Assembly (NCBI GenBank): GCA_965219385.1
Contig: CBDCNM010000001.1
Span: forward strand, 236,631 to 300,630
Direction: 5' to 3'
Source: Candidatus Latescibacterota bacterium
GTDB taxonomy: Bacteria > Latescibacterota > UBA2968 > UBA8231
DNA: 64,000 nucleotides
Below the pieces are notes generated by a model that worked only from the letters and a program-made list of their open reading frames with translations, was not told where the DNA came from and did no database searches. The position numbers were made by a program, and so were the translations under genes. Shown here in pieces: positions 28,966 through 39,514 of this stretch (position 1 is the stretch's first letter; each line of letters begins with the position of its first letter).

Positions 28966-30543
28966 ATGACTACGACGCGCAAGACCCGCAGGATCATCAG
29001 CAACGACGACGGCTGGATCGTCTCCTACCACTTTGCTCTGACCATCCCCGAGACCATCAAGGAGCTGATGATCGATACCTACGAGGGTTCGCCGGTGGGC
29101 GCGGTGTCGTGGTGCGTGGGCGATCACGAGGTCTACGACTACGAGACCGGAGTGGGCGAGCGCTTCGGCGCCGGGTGCGAGCACTTCGACAACGAACGCG
29201 ATTCCTGGGGCCACAAAAACCTCAACCACCTGATCGAGGTGGCGGAGGGCCCGCTCACCGAGATCGGTCGCCAGATCCGCCAGGCAGGCATGGATTTTTT
29301 CCCCTCGGTGCGCATGAACAGCCACTACGAGATCCCCTACGCCTCGCCGCGCTACGGCGAGTTCCGGCGCACCCACGCCGAATGCCTCATCGGCCAGCCC
29401 GATGAATACATTCCCGCTCCGACCATTGAGCACGCCATCCGCACCGGCGTTGATTACAAGTACCCCCAGGTGCGCGCGCACATGCTGGGCATCGTCCGCG
29501 AACTCTTCGAACGCTTCGAGGTGGACGGCATCGAACTGGACTACATGCGCCACCCAGCCTTCTTCCGCCCCGAGGAAGCCCATGCCGGTCGCTACCTGAT
29601 GACCGATTTCATCCGCCGGATCCGCCGGCGCATGGACCAGGTCGGCGCCGAAAGGGGCCGTCACCTCGACCTGCTGGTGCGGGTGCCGCCGACCCTGTAC
29701 GACAGTGCGCGGATCGGCCTGGATGTGCGCACCTGGATCAAAGAGGGCCTGGTGGACATCGTCGCTGCCGGGGGTGGTTTTATGCCCTTTGAAATGCCGG
29801 TGCGGGAATTCGTCGAAGCCGCCCAGGGTACGGACTGCCAGATCTACGGCAGCCTCGAGGCCCTGCGCTGGGCCCTGGACGAGGAGGTCCTCAGGGCTCT
29901 GGCCGCGCGCTTCTGGGAGGCAGGGGTGGACGGGCTCTATTTGTTCAACTACTTCAATACCCCCAACGAGTGGAAGCGGCGGGTGCTGGGCGAAGCCGTC
30001 GACCGCCAGCGCCTGTCCCGCCTGGACAAGCGCTACGAGCTGGACCACGCCGACCGGATAGAGTCGAAGGAGAGCCACGTCGGCGCCTTCCGCTACGCCA
30101 TCCCCCGCGCTTCCCTGCCGGTGTTTATGGAGGAGACCGCGCCCGAAGGCGGTGCGGTCCTGACGCTGGAGGTTGCCGATGATGTCGAGGCCGCGCAGGC
30201 GGAAGGCGCCCTGAAGGGGTGTGTCCTGGGGCTGGGCTTCAAGGATTTCGGCGCAGAGGACGTGCTGGAGGTGCGCTTCAACGGGCAGGCCCTCGAGTGG
30301 GAGGCCCATCGTCGCTCCGAGGAAGGCTGGAGCTATTCGCTTTTTGACGGCGAGATATACCACACCACCATGGCGGCCGAGACCGTGCCGGGAACCTTGA
30401 TCCAACTGGATCTGCCTTCCCCGCCGGTGCGCAAAGGAGCGAATGAGCTGCAAGTCCGCCTCGTCAAGGGGGATACCCCGCGCTTCAAACCGGTAGTGCT
30501 GGCGGAAGTGCGTCTGGAGATTAAGTACCAGTCTGGAGATTAA
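28966..30543 (+). CDS. Glycoside hydrolase-like (GHL10-type) TIM-barrel protein
   Basis: IISNDDG, FFPSVRMN, DYKYPQVRAHML, VDGIELDYMRH, GVDGLYLFNY; paralogous to 55208-56800. Confidence 0.6.
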   Translation: MTTTRKTRRIISNDDGWIVSYHFALTIPETIKELMIDTYEGSPVGAVSWCVGDHEVYDYETGVGERFGAGCEHFDNERDSWGHKNLNHLIEVAEGPLTEIGRQIRQAGMDFFPSVRMNSHYEIPYASPRYGEFRRTHAECLIGQPDEYIPAPTIEHAIRTGVDYKYPQVRAHMLGIVRELFERFEVDGIELDYMRHPAFFRPEEAHAGRYLMTDFIRRIRRRMDQVGAERGRHLDLLVRVPPTLYDSARIGLDVRTWIKEGLVDIVAAGGGFMPFEMPVREFVEAAQGTDCQIYGSLEALRWALDEEVLRALAARFWEAGVDGLYLFNYFNTPNEWKRRVLGEAVDRQRLSRLDKRYELDHADRIESKESHVGAFRYAIPRASLPVFMEETAPEGGAVLTLEVADDVEAAQAEGALKGCVLGLGFKDFGAEDVLEVRFNGQALEWEAHRRSEEGWSYSLFDGEIYHTTMAAETVPGTLIQLDLPSPPVRKGANELQVRLVKGDTPRFKPVVLAEVRLEIKYQSGD

Positions 30544-30556
30544 ATAAATACAGAAT

Positions 30557-30748
30557 CAGTACTTCACGAAATACCCGTAGCTATTTGGCCCTCAAGGCCG
30601 GGAGGGGATGGTGTCGGCAGGGCGGTGGGGGCTGCGAGCGGGCGCAGCAGCAGGGAGGAGAGCGGGGCAAGAGCCCCCTGGGCCTCATAAAACTCCAGAG
30701 GCACAAGACAAGCTCCGCACGGCCGCCCGCCGATTCCGTGAAGTACTG
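30557..30748. mobile_element. 192-bp MITE-like element
   Basis: TIRs CAGTACTTCACGAAAT / ATTCCGTGAAGTACTG (15 of 16 match) flanked by a 5-bp direct repeat AGAAT (30552-30556, 30749-30753); no transposase. Confidence 0.8.
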
Positions 30749-30935
30749 AGAATGGGCGCAAGACGAGGAGGAGCGCGAAAACGCCCTGGACAGGTCCCGG
30801 AGGGGAAGGTAGTTTTTAATCAGGAGCCTGGGCAGGAGATCAGCGGAGTGGATCGGACGGCCCTGGTCTCCCTCAACGGCTGCCGCCTGTGGCCCAGTGC
30901 GCGTGGACCCTCGAACATCAAAGGGAGCAAATCTC

Positions 30936-31790
30936 ATGACGGATCTGACCATTGCCCAGAATGCCCACAGACTGACCCGGGAAGGAATCGAACAATACAA
31001 TGAAAACGGTTACGTAAAAAACCTGCCCCTCTTCGACCAGGCCGAGGTCGAGAACCTGCAGAAGGAATTCATGGAAATGGTGGAGAGCGTGCCGGATAGC
31101 GTCGATATCTACCGCCTCAACAACTGGCACAAAGCCAACCGCTGGTTCTACGAACTGGGCCGGACCCCCGCCATCCTGGATTGCGTCGAAGACCTGATCG
31201 GTCCCGACTTCAACCAGTGGGGCGGCGCCTTCTTTATCAAGTTTCCCCACGACGAAACCATGGTGCCCTTTCACCAAGACGCCAGCTACTGGCCGCTCGA
31301 CCCGAACATCACCGTGACGGTGTGGCTGGCCGTCTTCGACGCGGACCAGGAAAACGGCTGCATGCGCATCGTGCCGGGCAGCCACCGCTGGGGGGATATT
31401 CCGCACGCGGACCTGCCGGACAGCCCCGACTGGTCCAAGATGTCGCGGGAGGAGGTGTCCAAGAGCAAATACGTCCTTTGGCAGCAGGTGGATCCCGACA
31501 GCTTCACGGACGACCAAGTCGTGGACATGGATCTGAAGGCCGGCGAGATTTCGCTCCACGACGACGACCTGATCCACGGCTCGAGCGGCAATACCTCGGA
31601 CCGCATGCGCGCCGGCATCACCTTCCGCTACAGTCCCACCGAGGTGAAGTGCGACCTGAGCGTGTGGCCCAACTTCGAGGTGTATCCGGTCCGCGGCACG
31701 GACCGCTTCCAGCACAACCCCGTGGGCAAGGTACCGACCCGGAACGGCTACCCCACCAGTTTTAATCAGCGCTCGAGCGCGTTCGAGTGA
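30936..31790 (+). CDS. Phytanoyl-CoA dioxygenase (PhyH) family Fe(II)/2OG enzyme
   Basis: PFHQDASYW (HxD), ENGCMRIVPGSH, LIHGS...R motif. Confidence 0.9.
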   Translation: MTDLTIAQNAHRLTREGIEQYNENGYVKNLPLFDQAEVENLQKEFMEMVESVPDSVDIYRLNNWHKANRWFYELGRTPAILDCVEDLIGPDFNQWGGAFFIKFPHDETMVPFHQDASYWPLDPNITVTVWLAVFDADQENGCMRIVPGSHRWGDIPHADLPDSPDWSKMSREEVSKSKYVLWQQVDPDSFTDDQVVDMDLKAGEISLHDDDLIHGSSGNTSDRMRAGITFRYSPTEVKCDLSVWPNFEVYPVRGTDRFQHNPVGKVPTRNGYPTSFNQRSSAFE

Positions 31791-31836
31791 GGACCTAAGA
31801 AAAGAGGGGCGCGACAGAAGCATCCCGAGCCCAGGT

Positions 31837-33591
31837 ATGACCCAGAGGAGATTCATACAGCGCGTAGCGCCCTTCACCCAGTGGCTGCCGGAACTGTACC
31901 GCTGGCAGATCCTGCGCGCCGATACGGTGGCGGGCATTACCGTGGCCTTGATCATCATTCCCCAGTCCATGGCCTATGCCAAGCTGGCTGGATTGCCTCC
32001 GGGTTACGGCCTTTACGCCGCCTTTCTGCCGCCTGCTATCGCCGCTCTCTTCGGCTCTTCGCGGCACCTGTCCACAGGTCCGGTGGCCATGGCCTCGCTC
32101 ATCAGTGCGGCTACCATCCAGACCATCGCGCCGCCGGGCAGCGATGCCTTTATCACCTACTCCATTCTGCTGGCTTTAATGGTGGGAGCGATTCGACTCT
32201 GTCTGGGGGTTTTGCGCCTGGGCATGTTGGTCAATCTGCTCTCCACTCCGGTGGTGGTCGGGTTTACCAATGCCGCTGCGCTGATCATCGCCACCTCTCA
32301 GCTGCCCTACGTCTTCGGCGTGCACGTCGACAAGAGGGCCTTTCACTACCAGACCGTATGGCACACTCTGGATGTGGCCGCAGCACAAATAGATTGGGCC
32401 ACCTTTGCCATGGCCGGGCTGGCCGCAGGGTTGCTGTTCATCGGGCGTTACAGATTCGCCCAACGGCCGTATGTGCTCGGTGCCGTTGTCGTCACGACCC
32501 TGGTTTCCTGGCTGAGCGGTTACGAGGGGAGCATCGTAGGAAAGATTCCGCGCGGACTTCCCGGTCTGAAGCAGCCGGAGATCGATTGGCAGGTCGTGCC
32601 CCATCTGGCCATGGGAGCCCTAGCCCTCACGCTCATCGGGTTGATGGAGGCCATGTCGATCGCCAAAACCATTGCCACCAAAACCAGACAGCGCATCGAT
32701 GTCAACCAGGAGTTGATCGGCCAGGGACTGGCCAATCTGCTCGGCAGTTTTTTTCAAAGCTATACGGTCTCTGGTTCCTTTTCCCGCTCCGCGGTGAATT
32801 TTGCCAGCGGCGCGGTTACAGGTTTTTCCGCCCTGATCAGTTCCCTAATGGTCATGCTGACCCTGCTTTTTCTGACCCCTTTGCTGTTCTATCTGCCCCA
32901 GGCCACACTGGCCGTGATCATCATCTACGCGGTGTTGAACCTCATCCGCCTGGAGCCGGTGTTAACCGCGGGGCAGGTCAGTCGGCAGGACGGGCTCATC
33001 GGGGTAATAACCTTTCTGTTTACCCTGGTCCTGGCTCCTGCACTGCACCTGGGCATAGGGCTTGGTGTGGTCCTGTCCCTGGTGCTCTACTTTTACCACA
33101 GTATGCGACCCCACGTGGCCTACCTGGCCCGGCACGCGGACGGTTCGTTGCGCGACGCCGATGCCAACGGGCTGGCCCTGGATCAGCGGATCGCCATCAT
33201 CCGCTTTGACGGCAGGCTGTATTTCGGCAATACCAGCTACTTTGAAGACAAGGTGCTGGAAGCGGTCGCCAGGATACCGGAACTGAGGTACCTGGTGGTC
33301 GACGCCGGCGGCATCAACCAGATCGACGCCTCCGGTGAACAGACCTTGCGGCAGGTAGTCGAACGCTTGCGCGCTATCGACATCGATGTTTATTTCACCC
33401 GGGCCAAGCCGCAGTTCATCCAGGTGCTGAAGCACACCGGCTGTATGGATTATATCGGCGCAGACCACTTCTTTACCTGGAACCAGCACGCCCTCGAACA
33501 CCTGTGGGACCAGATGGAGCCGACCTACAAAGCGCGCTGTCCTCTCAATGTCCCCACGCCGAAAAAAAAGGCCGGGGCGTGGAGTATTTGA
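31837..33591 (+). CDS. SulP-family inorganic anion transporter with STAS domain
   Basis: ADTVAGITVALIIIPQSMAYA, GSSRHLSTGP, NQELIGQGLAN, GSFSRSAVN, STAS INQIDASG. Confidence 0.93.
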   Translation: MTQRRFIQRVAPFTQWLPELYRWQILRADTVAGITVALIIIPQSMAYAKLAGLPPGYGLYAAFLPPAIAALFGSSRHLSTGPVAMASLISAATIQTIAPPGSDAFITYSILLALMVGAIRLCLGVLRLGMLVNLLSTPVVVGFTNAAALIIATSQLPYVFGVHVDKRAFHYQTVWHTLDVAAAQIDWATFAMAGLAAGLLFIGRYRFAQRPYVLGAVVVTTLVSWLSGYEGSIVGKIPRGLPGLKQPEIDWQVVPHLAMGALALTLIGLMEAMSIAKTIATKTRQRIDVNQELIGQGLANLLGSFFQSYTVSGSFSRSAVNFASGAVTGFSALISSLMVMLTLLFLTPLLFYLPQATLAVIIIYAVLNLIRLEPVLTAGQVSRQDGLIGVITFLFTLVLAPALHLGIGLGVVLSLVLYFYHSMRPHVAYLARHADGSLRDADANGLALDQRIAIIRFDGRLYFGNTSYFEDKVLEAVARIPELRYLVVDAGGINQIDASGEQTLRQVVERLRAIDIDVYFTRAKPQFIQVLKHTGCMDYIGADHFFTWNQHALEHLWDQMEPTYKARCPLNVPTPKKKAGAWSI

Positions 33592-33679
33592 AAACCCATC
33601 ATCGACCCCTTATGAACCCTGTCGAGGAGAAAGGAGGCGGCGATTCCCGCGTCGCAATTTTATGGAAGAGAGCCACAAT

Positions 33680-34822
33680 ATGAGCGCGCCGGCCGCGACT
33701 GCGGCCGCAACCCAGGACCCACGCATAGAAAACGGCGCCCCGGCAAACCGCCTCCACGACCTGCTGCGGCCCGAAGTGCTGGCGGCCTTTGATCGCTCTT
33801 TCTTTGAGCGCGAGGGCTACTGGGTGTGGGAGGGCATACTGACCGATGCAGGTCGCCAGCAGTGGACGGCCAGCCTGCGGAAGCTGCAGCAAATGAACGA
33901 TGACATCATCATGGATACCGACTGGGCCGCCATCGACTTTGCGGGACGCGGGTTGCAACCGCCGCTGCCGGAGAGCATCACCCCCCAGGCCCGGGCCGCC
34001 AACTGCGGTGGATCAGAGCAACTAAATTTGCTCCCGCCCGGGGCCCGGACCTACATGCACGAACACGGGTTGCTCGGCCCCGGCCCGGCGCTGATTGCAC
34101 GCGGATTCGAGTCACACGGATTCATGCCGGAGTACTTTCCGGCCGCATACGACGACTTCATCATGGATGTCGCCACCAGCCATCCGCAGATGACGGAGCT
34201 TTTCGGCAAGCTCTTAGGGGACCGCTTTGTGCTGGACCACCTGATCATGCTCAACCGGGCGGCGGGCACGAGAGGGCGGCGCTGGCACGCCCACCAGTAT
34301 AGGGATGGACAGTACGAGGTCGAGGATTTTATCGGCAACGGCCGGGCCCTGACCACCGAATTTTTGCAGCAGCAGTGCATTCGCACCCTGTGCTACTCGG
34401 AAGGGGCCAGCATCGAGGAAGGCGGGGAGCTGGCGATCATCCCGGGCGCCCACCTCTACCGCATTCCCTTCAAGTGGAATATAGAGCGGACCGATGATGA
34501 CGCTGCCCTAGAGGCGGGCTGGCTGCGGGGGAAGATCCACGCCTTTACGGGCGAGCCGCTGAAGATCCTGCGCCTGGCGCTGCCGCCCGGGAGCATGGTC
34601 TCGTTTGTCCATCACATGCCGCACCACGTCGGCTACCGCCAGCCCGGGACCCCTACCCGGTGGGGGCTGCTGATGGCCTACCGGACCCCGGATCCTGGGG
34701 CTATTCCGCTCAGGTGGTCAAAGGGGGTGCCGGCCCACTGGGCCGATCGTTGCGCGGCTGAGGAAACCCTTTCCGCTGCCGCGCGCCGGGTGTTTGAAGC
34801 GGACAACCCCGTGCGCGAATGA
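33680..34822 (+). CDS. Divergent PhyH-like dioxygenase / hypothetical protein
   Basis: FFEREGYWVWEGIL, RRWHAH, GGELAIIPGAH, PGSMVSFVHHMPH...R. Alternative start at 33662. Confidence 0.55.
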   Translation: MSAPAATAAATQDPRIENGAPANRLHDLLRPEVLAAFDRSFFEREGYWVWEGILTDAGRQQWTASLRKLQQMNDDIIMDTDWAAIDFAGRGLQPPLPESITPQARAANCGGSEQLNLLPPGARTYMHEHGLLGPGPALIARGFESHGFMPEYFPAAYDDFIMDVATSHPQMTELFGKLLGDRFVLDHLIMLNRAAGTRGRRWHAHQYRDGQYEVEDFIGNGRALTTEFLQQQCIRTLCYSEGASIEEGGELAIIPGAHLYRIPFKWNIERTDDDAALEAGWLRGKIHAFTGEPLKILRLALPPGSMVSFVHHMPHHVGYRQPGTPTRWGLLMAYRTPDPGAIPLRWSKGVPAHWADRCAAEETLSAAARRVFEADNPVRE

Positions 34823-34865
34823 CCCGGTCTATTCCGGACGAGCCCTTCGTAAATAGGAAAGTCAA

Positions 34866-35756
34866 ATGACAGAAGAAACCACAAAACCGGTGCGGCTGGG
34901 CGTCATCGGCGGGTCGGGAGTGTACCAGATGGAAGGGGTCGAGGTAGTCAGCCAACACCAGCTGGATACCCCCTTCGGGGCCCCGTCGGACAGCGTGGTC
35001 GAGACCCGGATCGAGGGACGCACGGTGATGTTTCTGCCGCGTCACGGCCGCGGTCACCGCCTCTTGCCCTCGGAGGTGAATGCCCGCGCCAACATCCACG
35101 CCTTCAAGCAACTGGGGGTGACCCACGTGATGGCGGTCAGCGCCGTGGGCATCATGCAGGAGCACATCCAGCCCGGGGATATGGTGGTGCCGGAGCAAAT
35201 CTTCGACCGCACCCGGGGTTTGCGGCCCTCCACCTTTTTCGGCGACGGCATCGTCGGGCATCTGAGCTTTGCGGATCCGTTCTGCGCGGAAATGAGGCAG
35301 GTCGTAATCCAGGCCGCGCGCGGCCTGGGCGCCACCGTGCACGAGGGGGGGGCCTATATCTGCATGGAAGGGCCGCAGTTTTCGACCCGGGTCGAGTCCC
35401 ACTTCTACCGCCGCCAGGTTGACGCCACGGTCATCGGCATGACCGCCCTGCCCGAGGCCAAGCTGGCCCGCGAAGCCGAGATGTGCTACGCCATGCTGGC
35501 CATGGGCACGGACTACGACTGCTGGCACGAGTCCGAGGAGGACGTTTCGATCGAGGCCGTGCTGGCCCTGCTCAAGGCCAATGCCGAGCGGGCCAACGCC
35601 ATCGTCCAGCACGCGGCCGGGCTCCTGCCGGAAGCGTCCGCGTGCGAGTGTCTGCACGCGGCCCGCTACGCCATCATCACTGCGCCGGAGATGATTTCCG
35701 ACGAAGTCAAAGAAAGGCTCCGGGTGCTCTATGGCCACTACTTCGACCAGGGGTAA
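34866..35756 (+). CDS. mtnP: S-methyl-5'-thioadenosine phosphorylase
   Basis: GVIGGSG, TPFGAPSD, FLPRHGRGH, EGPQFSTRVES, IGMT..PEAKLAREAE, TDYDCWH. Confidence 0.93.
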   Translation: MTEETTKPVRLGVIGGSGVYQMEGVEVVSQHQLDTPFGAPSDSVVETRIEGRTVMFLPRHGRGHRLLPSEVNARANIHAFKQLGVTHVMAVSAVGIMQEHIQPGDMVVPEQIFDRTRGLRPSTFFGDGIVGHLSFADPFCAEMRQVVIQAARGLGATVHEGGAYICMEGPQFSTRVESHFYRRQVDATVIGMTALPEAKLAREAEMCYAMLAMGTDYDCWHESEEDVSIEAVLALLKANAERANAIVQHAAGLLPEASACECLHAARYAIITAPEMISDEVKERLRVLYGHYFDQG

Positions 35757-35759
35757 AGG

Positions 35760-36863
35760 ATGGACGCTAAACTCAAGCTGGCGGCCGTGGGCGTGGGCCG
35801 CATCGGGGTGTTTCACGCCCAGCACATCCAGGAGTTGAGCCTGGAGGGCGGGGACTGCGAGCTGGTGGCCGTGGTAGATCCCCACCAGGACACGGCCGCG
35901 CGCGTGGCCGGCCGCTTGCAGGAAGGCCAGGAAGTGAAGATCTACGCCTTCGCCAGGGTGGAGGACCTGGCCCGGACCGGGCTGGCGGACGGGGCGGTGA
36001 TCGCCTCGCGCACCCGGGACCACTACGGGGACGCCCGGGTCTTGATCGACGCGGGTATGCGGGTGCTGCTGGAAAAACCTCTGACCCACTCCCTGGAGAG
36101 CGCCCGGGCATTCACCGCCTACCTGGAAGGAGACGCCCGCAGGAAAGAGGCGCTCATGCTGGCTTTTATGCGGCGCTTCGACCAACCCCTGCAGGCCGTA
36201 AAAAACCTGCTGGATCAGGGGTGCATCGGTACCCCCTTCAAGATCGTCTCCGTGCTCGAAGACCCGGTCCCCCCTCCGGTGGGCTACAGCAGTCCCGGGT
36301 TGCTGGCGGATATGGCGGTGCACAATGTCGACGAGGCCATCTGGCTTGGGGGCGCCCGGCCCGAGGTGGTGAGCGGTTTCGGCGCCCGGCTCTACAACCA
36401 CAAGATCACCACGGTGGAGGAGGATCTGGACGATGCCTTTTTGCAGATGTGGTTTCCCGGGGACCTGCTCGGCCAGGTGCAGGTGAGCCGCAACCACGTG
36501 GCCGGGTACCGCAACGAGACCTGGGTCTACGGGGAGGATGGCCTGGTCCACGTGGGGCCTTTTCAGGAGGATCCTCTGCGGGTCGAGTTTGAAGCCTACG
36601 ACCGGGATGGGGCGGTCGAAAAGCGCACCTTTAAAATGCGGGACTACGGCGTCCAGGTGCCGATGTTTATCGAGCGTTTCGGTCCGGCCTACAAAGCGGA
36701 GGTGGCCTACTTCGTGCAGCAGTGCCGGGATGGCGCGGCCTTCAGGGTGGACCACAAGGATGGTCTCAGGGCGCTGGAGGTGGTGGAGGCCGGGAGTCGG
36801 TCTGTGCGCACCCGGGAGGGGGGTGTGCGGGTAGAATATTTCAGTGGGGCGAGTGGTTATTAA
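35760..36863 (+). CDS. Gfo/Idh/MocA oxidoreductase (inositol 2-dehydrogenase-like)
   Basis: GVGRIG, LLEKP, FMRRFD, DMAVHNVD. Confidence 0.85.
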   Translation: MDAKLKLAAVGVGRIGVFHAQHIQELSLEGGDCELVAVVDPHQDTAARVAGRLQEGQEVKIYAFARVEDLARTGLADGAVIASRTRDHYGDARVLIDAGMRVLLEKPLTHSLESARAFTAYLEGDARRKEALMLAFMRRFDQPLQAVKNLLDQGCIGTPFKIVSVLEDPVPPPVGYSSPGLLADMAVHNVDEAIWLGGARPEVVSGFGARLYNHKITTVEEDLDDAFLQMWFPGDLLGQVQVSRNHVAGYRNETWVYGEDGLVHVGPFQEDPLRVEFEAYDRDGAVEKRTFKMRDYGVQVPMFIERFGPAYKAEVAYFVQQCRDGAAFRVDHKDGLRALEVVEAGSRSVRTREGGVRVEYFSGASGY

Positions 36864-36908
36864 CCGGCTCCATGGACCCTGCAAGTCGCAACCTGTGAAT
36901 CGGTGCAG

Positions 36909-38165
36909 TCAAGTACTCTTCTCCAGCCGGCGCAGGGTGCGGCCGTCGCGGGTGGCCTGGTAGAGTTTCTCGAACTCCTCGCCGCCGTCGTCGGGGATCG
37001 GCTCCAGGCTTGAGCCCGCCTCGCAGACCGGCATGGCGTCGCTCCGGTAGACTCCGTGCATCTGGGACTTGGAGGCGCAGCCGTAATACACCACTTCGCC
37101 GCGGGCGCGGGCGTAGCGGTAGAGGTGCCGGGGCGGGTCCACCTGGAAATAGTCCACGGCGTATTTTTTCAGGGCTCGTGGATCCACTTCGACCCCCAGG
37201 CCGGGTTTATCCGGGACGCGGTGGAAACCGCCGCGCAGGCGGATTTTCTCCTTGATGAGCGAATTCTTCCAGATGTTCATGCAGGTGATGGCCGGCCAGC
37301 GGGCCTGGGGACACACGGCGCCGAAGTGGGCCGCCCAGGTGGTAGTGAGACCGGTGCCGATCAGCTGCAGCCAGAAGGGTTTATTGGCCACCTGGCACAG
37401 GGTGGCCTGCTCCCGTATAGCGCTGGCGCCGCCGCCTATGATAAAACCGTCGGCCACGTCCTGGGCCAGGGCAGTGGCAAAGGGCGGGTCGCCCAGGTGC
37501 ATGGCCACGGGCCGGGCAATGTGGCGACGGATGTGCTGGTTGCCGGCCATGTCCGCCTGGGGAATCGGGGTCTCTATCATGGCCACCTGCTGGTACTGCT
37601 CCAGGGTTTTGAGGAATTCCACCGCCTGGGCGGCGTTGACCAGGGAGCCGTTGAAGTCCAGGTCCAGCCGGAAGTGCGGCGGCACCACCGCCAGGATGGC
37701 GCGGATCCCGGCGTGCAGATCGTGGGAGGTGCGGGCCTTGAGCTTGGCCGAGGTATAGCCCTGTCTGACGGCCGCGGCACACTGGCGGGCCCAGTCTCCG
37801 GGCCCCAGGTCTATGGTCCACCAGGAGAGCGGGCACCACTGGCGCACCTGGGTGCCCAGGAGGCGGTGGACCGGCACGTTGAGGGCTTTGCCCACCGCGT
37901 CGAAGAGGGCCATCTGCCCCCCGATGCCCAGCTGGTCCTGCCACAACAACTCCCCGGCGGCGCGGCCCACCAGGCGCGCCGCGATATCCTCCGGGATGCG
38001 GCTCGAGTGCAGGCCGGATTCGCCCCAGCCCACAACGCCCGTGTCCAGGGTGATCTTGCAGACCTGGACGATGCGCCAGCCGGGAATCCAGTACGGCAGG
38101 TGCTGGTTGGCGAGGGAGGTGTAGGGGACATCCAGGGTGAAAACCTGGACATCGGCAATCTTCAT
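36909..38165 (-). CDS. Mandelate racemase/muconate lactonizing enzyme family protein (copy 2)
   Basis: GVVGWGE, MALFDAVGKA, KLKAR, LDLDFN, IETP, PDKPGLGVEV. Confidence 0.88.
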   Translation of the reverse strand: MKIADVQVFTLDVPYTSLANQHLPYWIPGWRIVQVCKITLDTGVVGWGESGLHSSRIPEDIAARLVGRAAGELLWQDQLGIGGQMALFDAVGKALNVPVHRLLGTQVRQWCPLSWWTIDLGPGDWARQCAAAVRQGYTSAKLKARTSHDLHAGIRAILAVVPPHFRLDLDFNGSLVNAAQAVEFLKTLEQYQQVAMIETPIPQADMAGNQHIRRHIARPVAMHLGDPPFATALAQDVADGFIIGGGASAIREQATLCQVANKPFWLQLIGTGLTTTWAAHFGAVCPQARWPAITCMNIWKNSLIKEKIRLRGGFHRVPDKPGLGVEVDPRALKKYAVDYFQVDPPRHLYRYARARGEVVYYGCASKSQMHGVYRSDAMPVCEAGSSLEPIPDDGGEEFEKLYQATRDGRTLRRLEKST

Positions 38166-39442
38166 TTTTTGCCCCTCGATCTTTTGCGTGGTTTTTCCAG
38201 CCGGCGCAGGGTGTGGCCGTCGCGGGTGGCCTGGTAGATCTCTTCGAACCGCTTGCTGCCGTCGTCGGGGACCGCGTCCAGGGTCGAACCCGCTTCGCAG
38301 ACCGGCATGGCGTCGTTGGGGTAGACTCCGTGCAACTCTTGTTTGTCGCAGCCGTAATAGGTGACCTCGCCGCTGGCGCGGGCGTAGCGGTACAGGTGTC
38401 TGGGAAGGTCGACAAAGGAGTAGTCCACCCTGTATTTCTTCAGGGCGGCCTGGTTAACCTCTAGGCCCAGGCCGGGTTTATCCGGGACGCGGTGGAAGCC
38501 GCCGCGCAGCTGGATCGTCTCCTTGATGAGCTGGCTTTTCCAGATGTTCATGCAGGTGATGGCCGGCCAGCGGGCCTGGTCGCACACCGCGCCCAGGTGC
38601 GCGGTCCAGGTGGTGGTGATACCGGTGCCGACCAGCTGCAGCCAGAAGGGTTTGTTGGCCATTTTGCAAACGGTGGCCTGCTGCAGCAGGGTGCCGGCTC
38701 CGGCGCAGATGACAAAACCGTCGGCCACATCCTGGCTCAGGGTGGTGGCGATGGGCGGACTGCCGTAGTGCATGGCCACGGGCCGGGCGATGTGGCGGCG
38801 GATGTGCAGGTTGCCGGCCACGTCTTCCTGGGGGATGGGGGTCTCGAGCATGGCCACTTGTTCGTAGCGCTCCAGGGTCTCGAGGAATTCCACTGCATTG
38901 GCGGCGTTGGCCAGGGTGCCGTTGAAGTCCAGGTCCAGCTTGAACTGCGGGGGCACGACCCGCAGGATGGCCTGGATGGCGGCGTGCAGATCGCACCAGG
39001 TGCGGGCCTTGAGCTTGGCCGAGGTATAGCCCTGCTCGACCGCCTCGGCGCACTGCCGGGCCCAGTCTCTGGGCGGCATGTCCATGGCCCACCAGGAGAG
39101 CGGGCACCACTGGCGCACCTGGGGGCCCAAGAGGTGGTGGACCGGCACGTTGAGGGCCTTGCCCACGGCGTCGAAGAGGGCCATCTGCACCCCGGCCCCC
39201 AGCTGGTCCTGCCACAGCAGACCGCCGGCTTCGCTGCCGACCAGGCGCTCGGCGATGTCGTCCGGGACCCTGGCCCAGGTGTAGTTGGGGATGGTTTCGC
39301 CCCAGCCCACGACGCCGTTTTCCAGGGTGATTTTGCAGACCTGGACAATGCGCCAGTGGGGCAGCCAGTACCGCATGTGCTGGTTGGTGTGGCTGGTGAA
39401 GGGTAGGTCCAGGTAGATGAGTTCTACGTCGGTGATTTTCAT
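38162..39442 (-). CDS. Mandelate racemase/muconate lactonizing enzyme family protein (copy 1)
   Basis: Same motifs as its neighbour; tandem paralogue overlapping it by 4 nt (ATGA). Confidence 0.88.
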   Translation of the reverse strand: MKITDVELIYLDLPFTSHTNQHMRYWLPHWRIVQVCKITLENGVVGWGETIPNYTWARVPDDIAERLVGSEAGGLLWQDQLGAGVQMALFDAVGKALNVPVHHLLGPQVRQWCPLSWWAMDMPPRDWARQCAEAVEQGYTSAKLKARTWCDLHAAIQAILRVVPPQFKLDLDFNGTLANAANAVEFLETLERYEQVAMLETPIPQEDVAGNLHIRRHIARPVAMHYGSPPIATTLSQDVADGFVICAGAGTLLQQATVCKMANKPFWLQLVGTGITTTWTAHLGAVCDQARWPAITCMNIWKSQLIKETIQLRGGFHRVPDKPGLGLEVNQAALKKYRVDYSFVDLPRHLYRYARASGEVTYYGCDKQELHGVYPNDAMPVCEAGSTLDAVPDDGSKRFEEIYQATRDGHTLRRLEKPRKRSRGKK

Positions 39443-39514
39443 GGGTGTCCTTTCCCGGGATGAAGGGTATATTTGTACATAGGGACTCTAAGGCAGCAGG
39501 AGTTGAGTGTCAAT

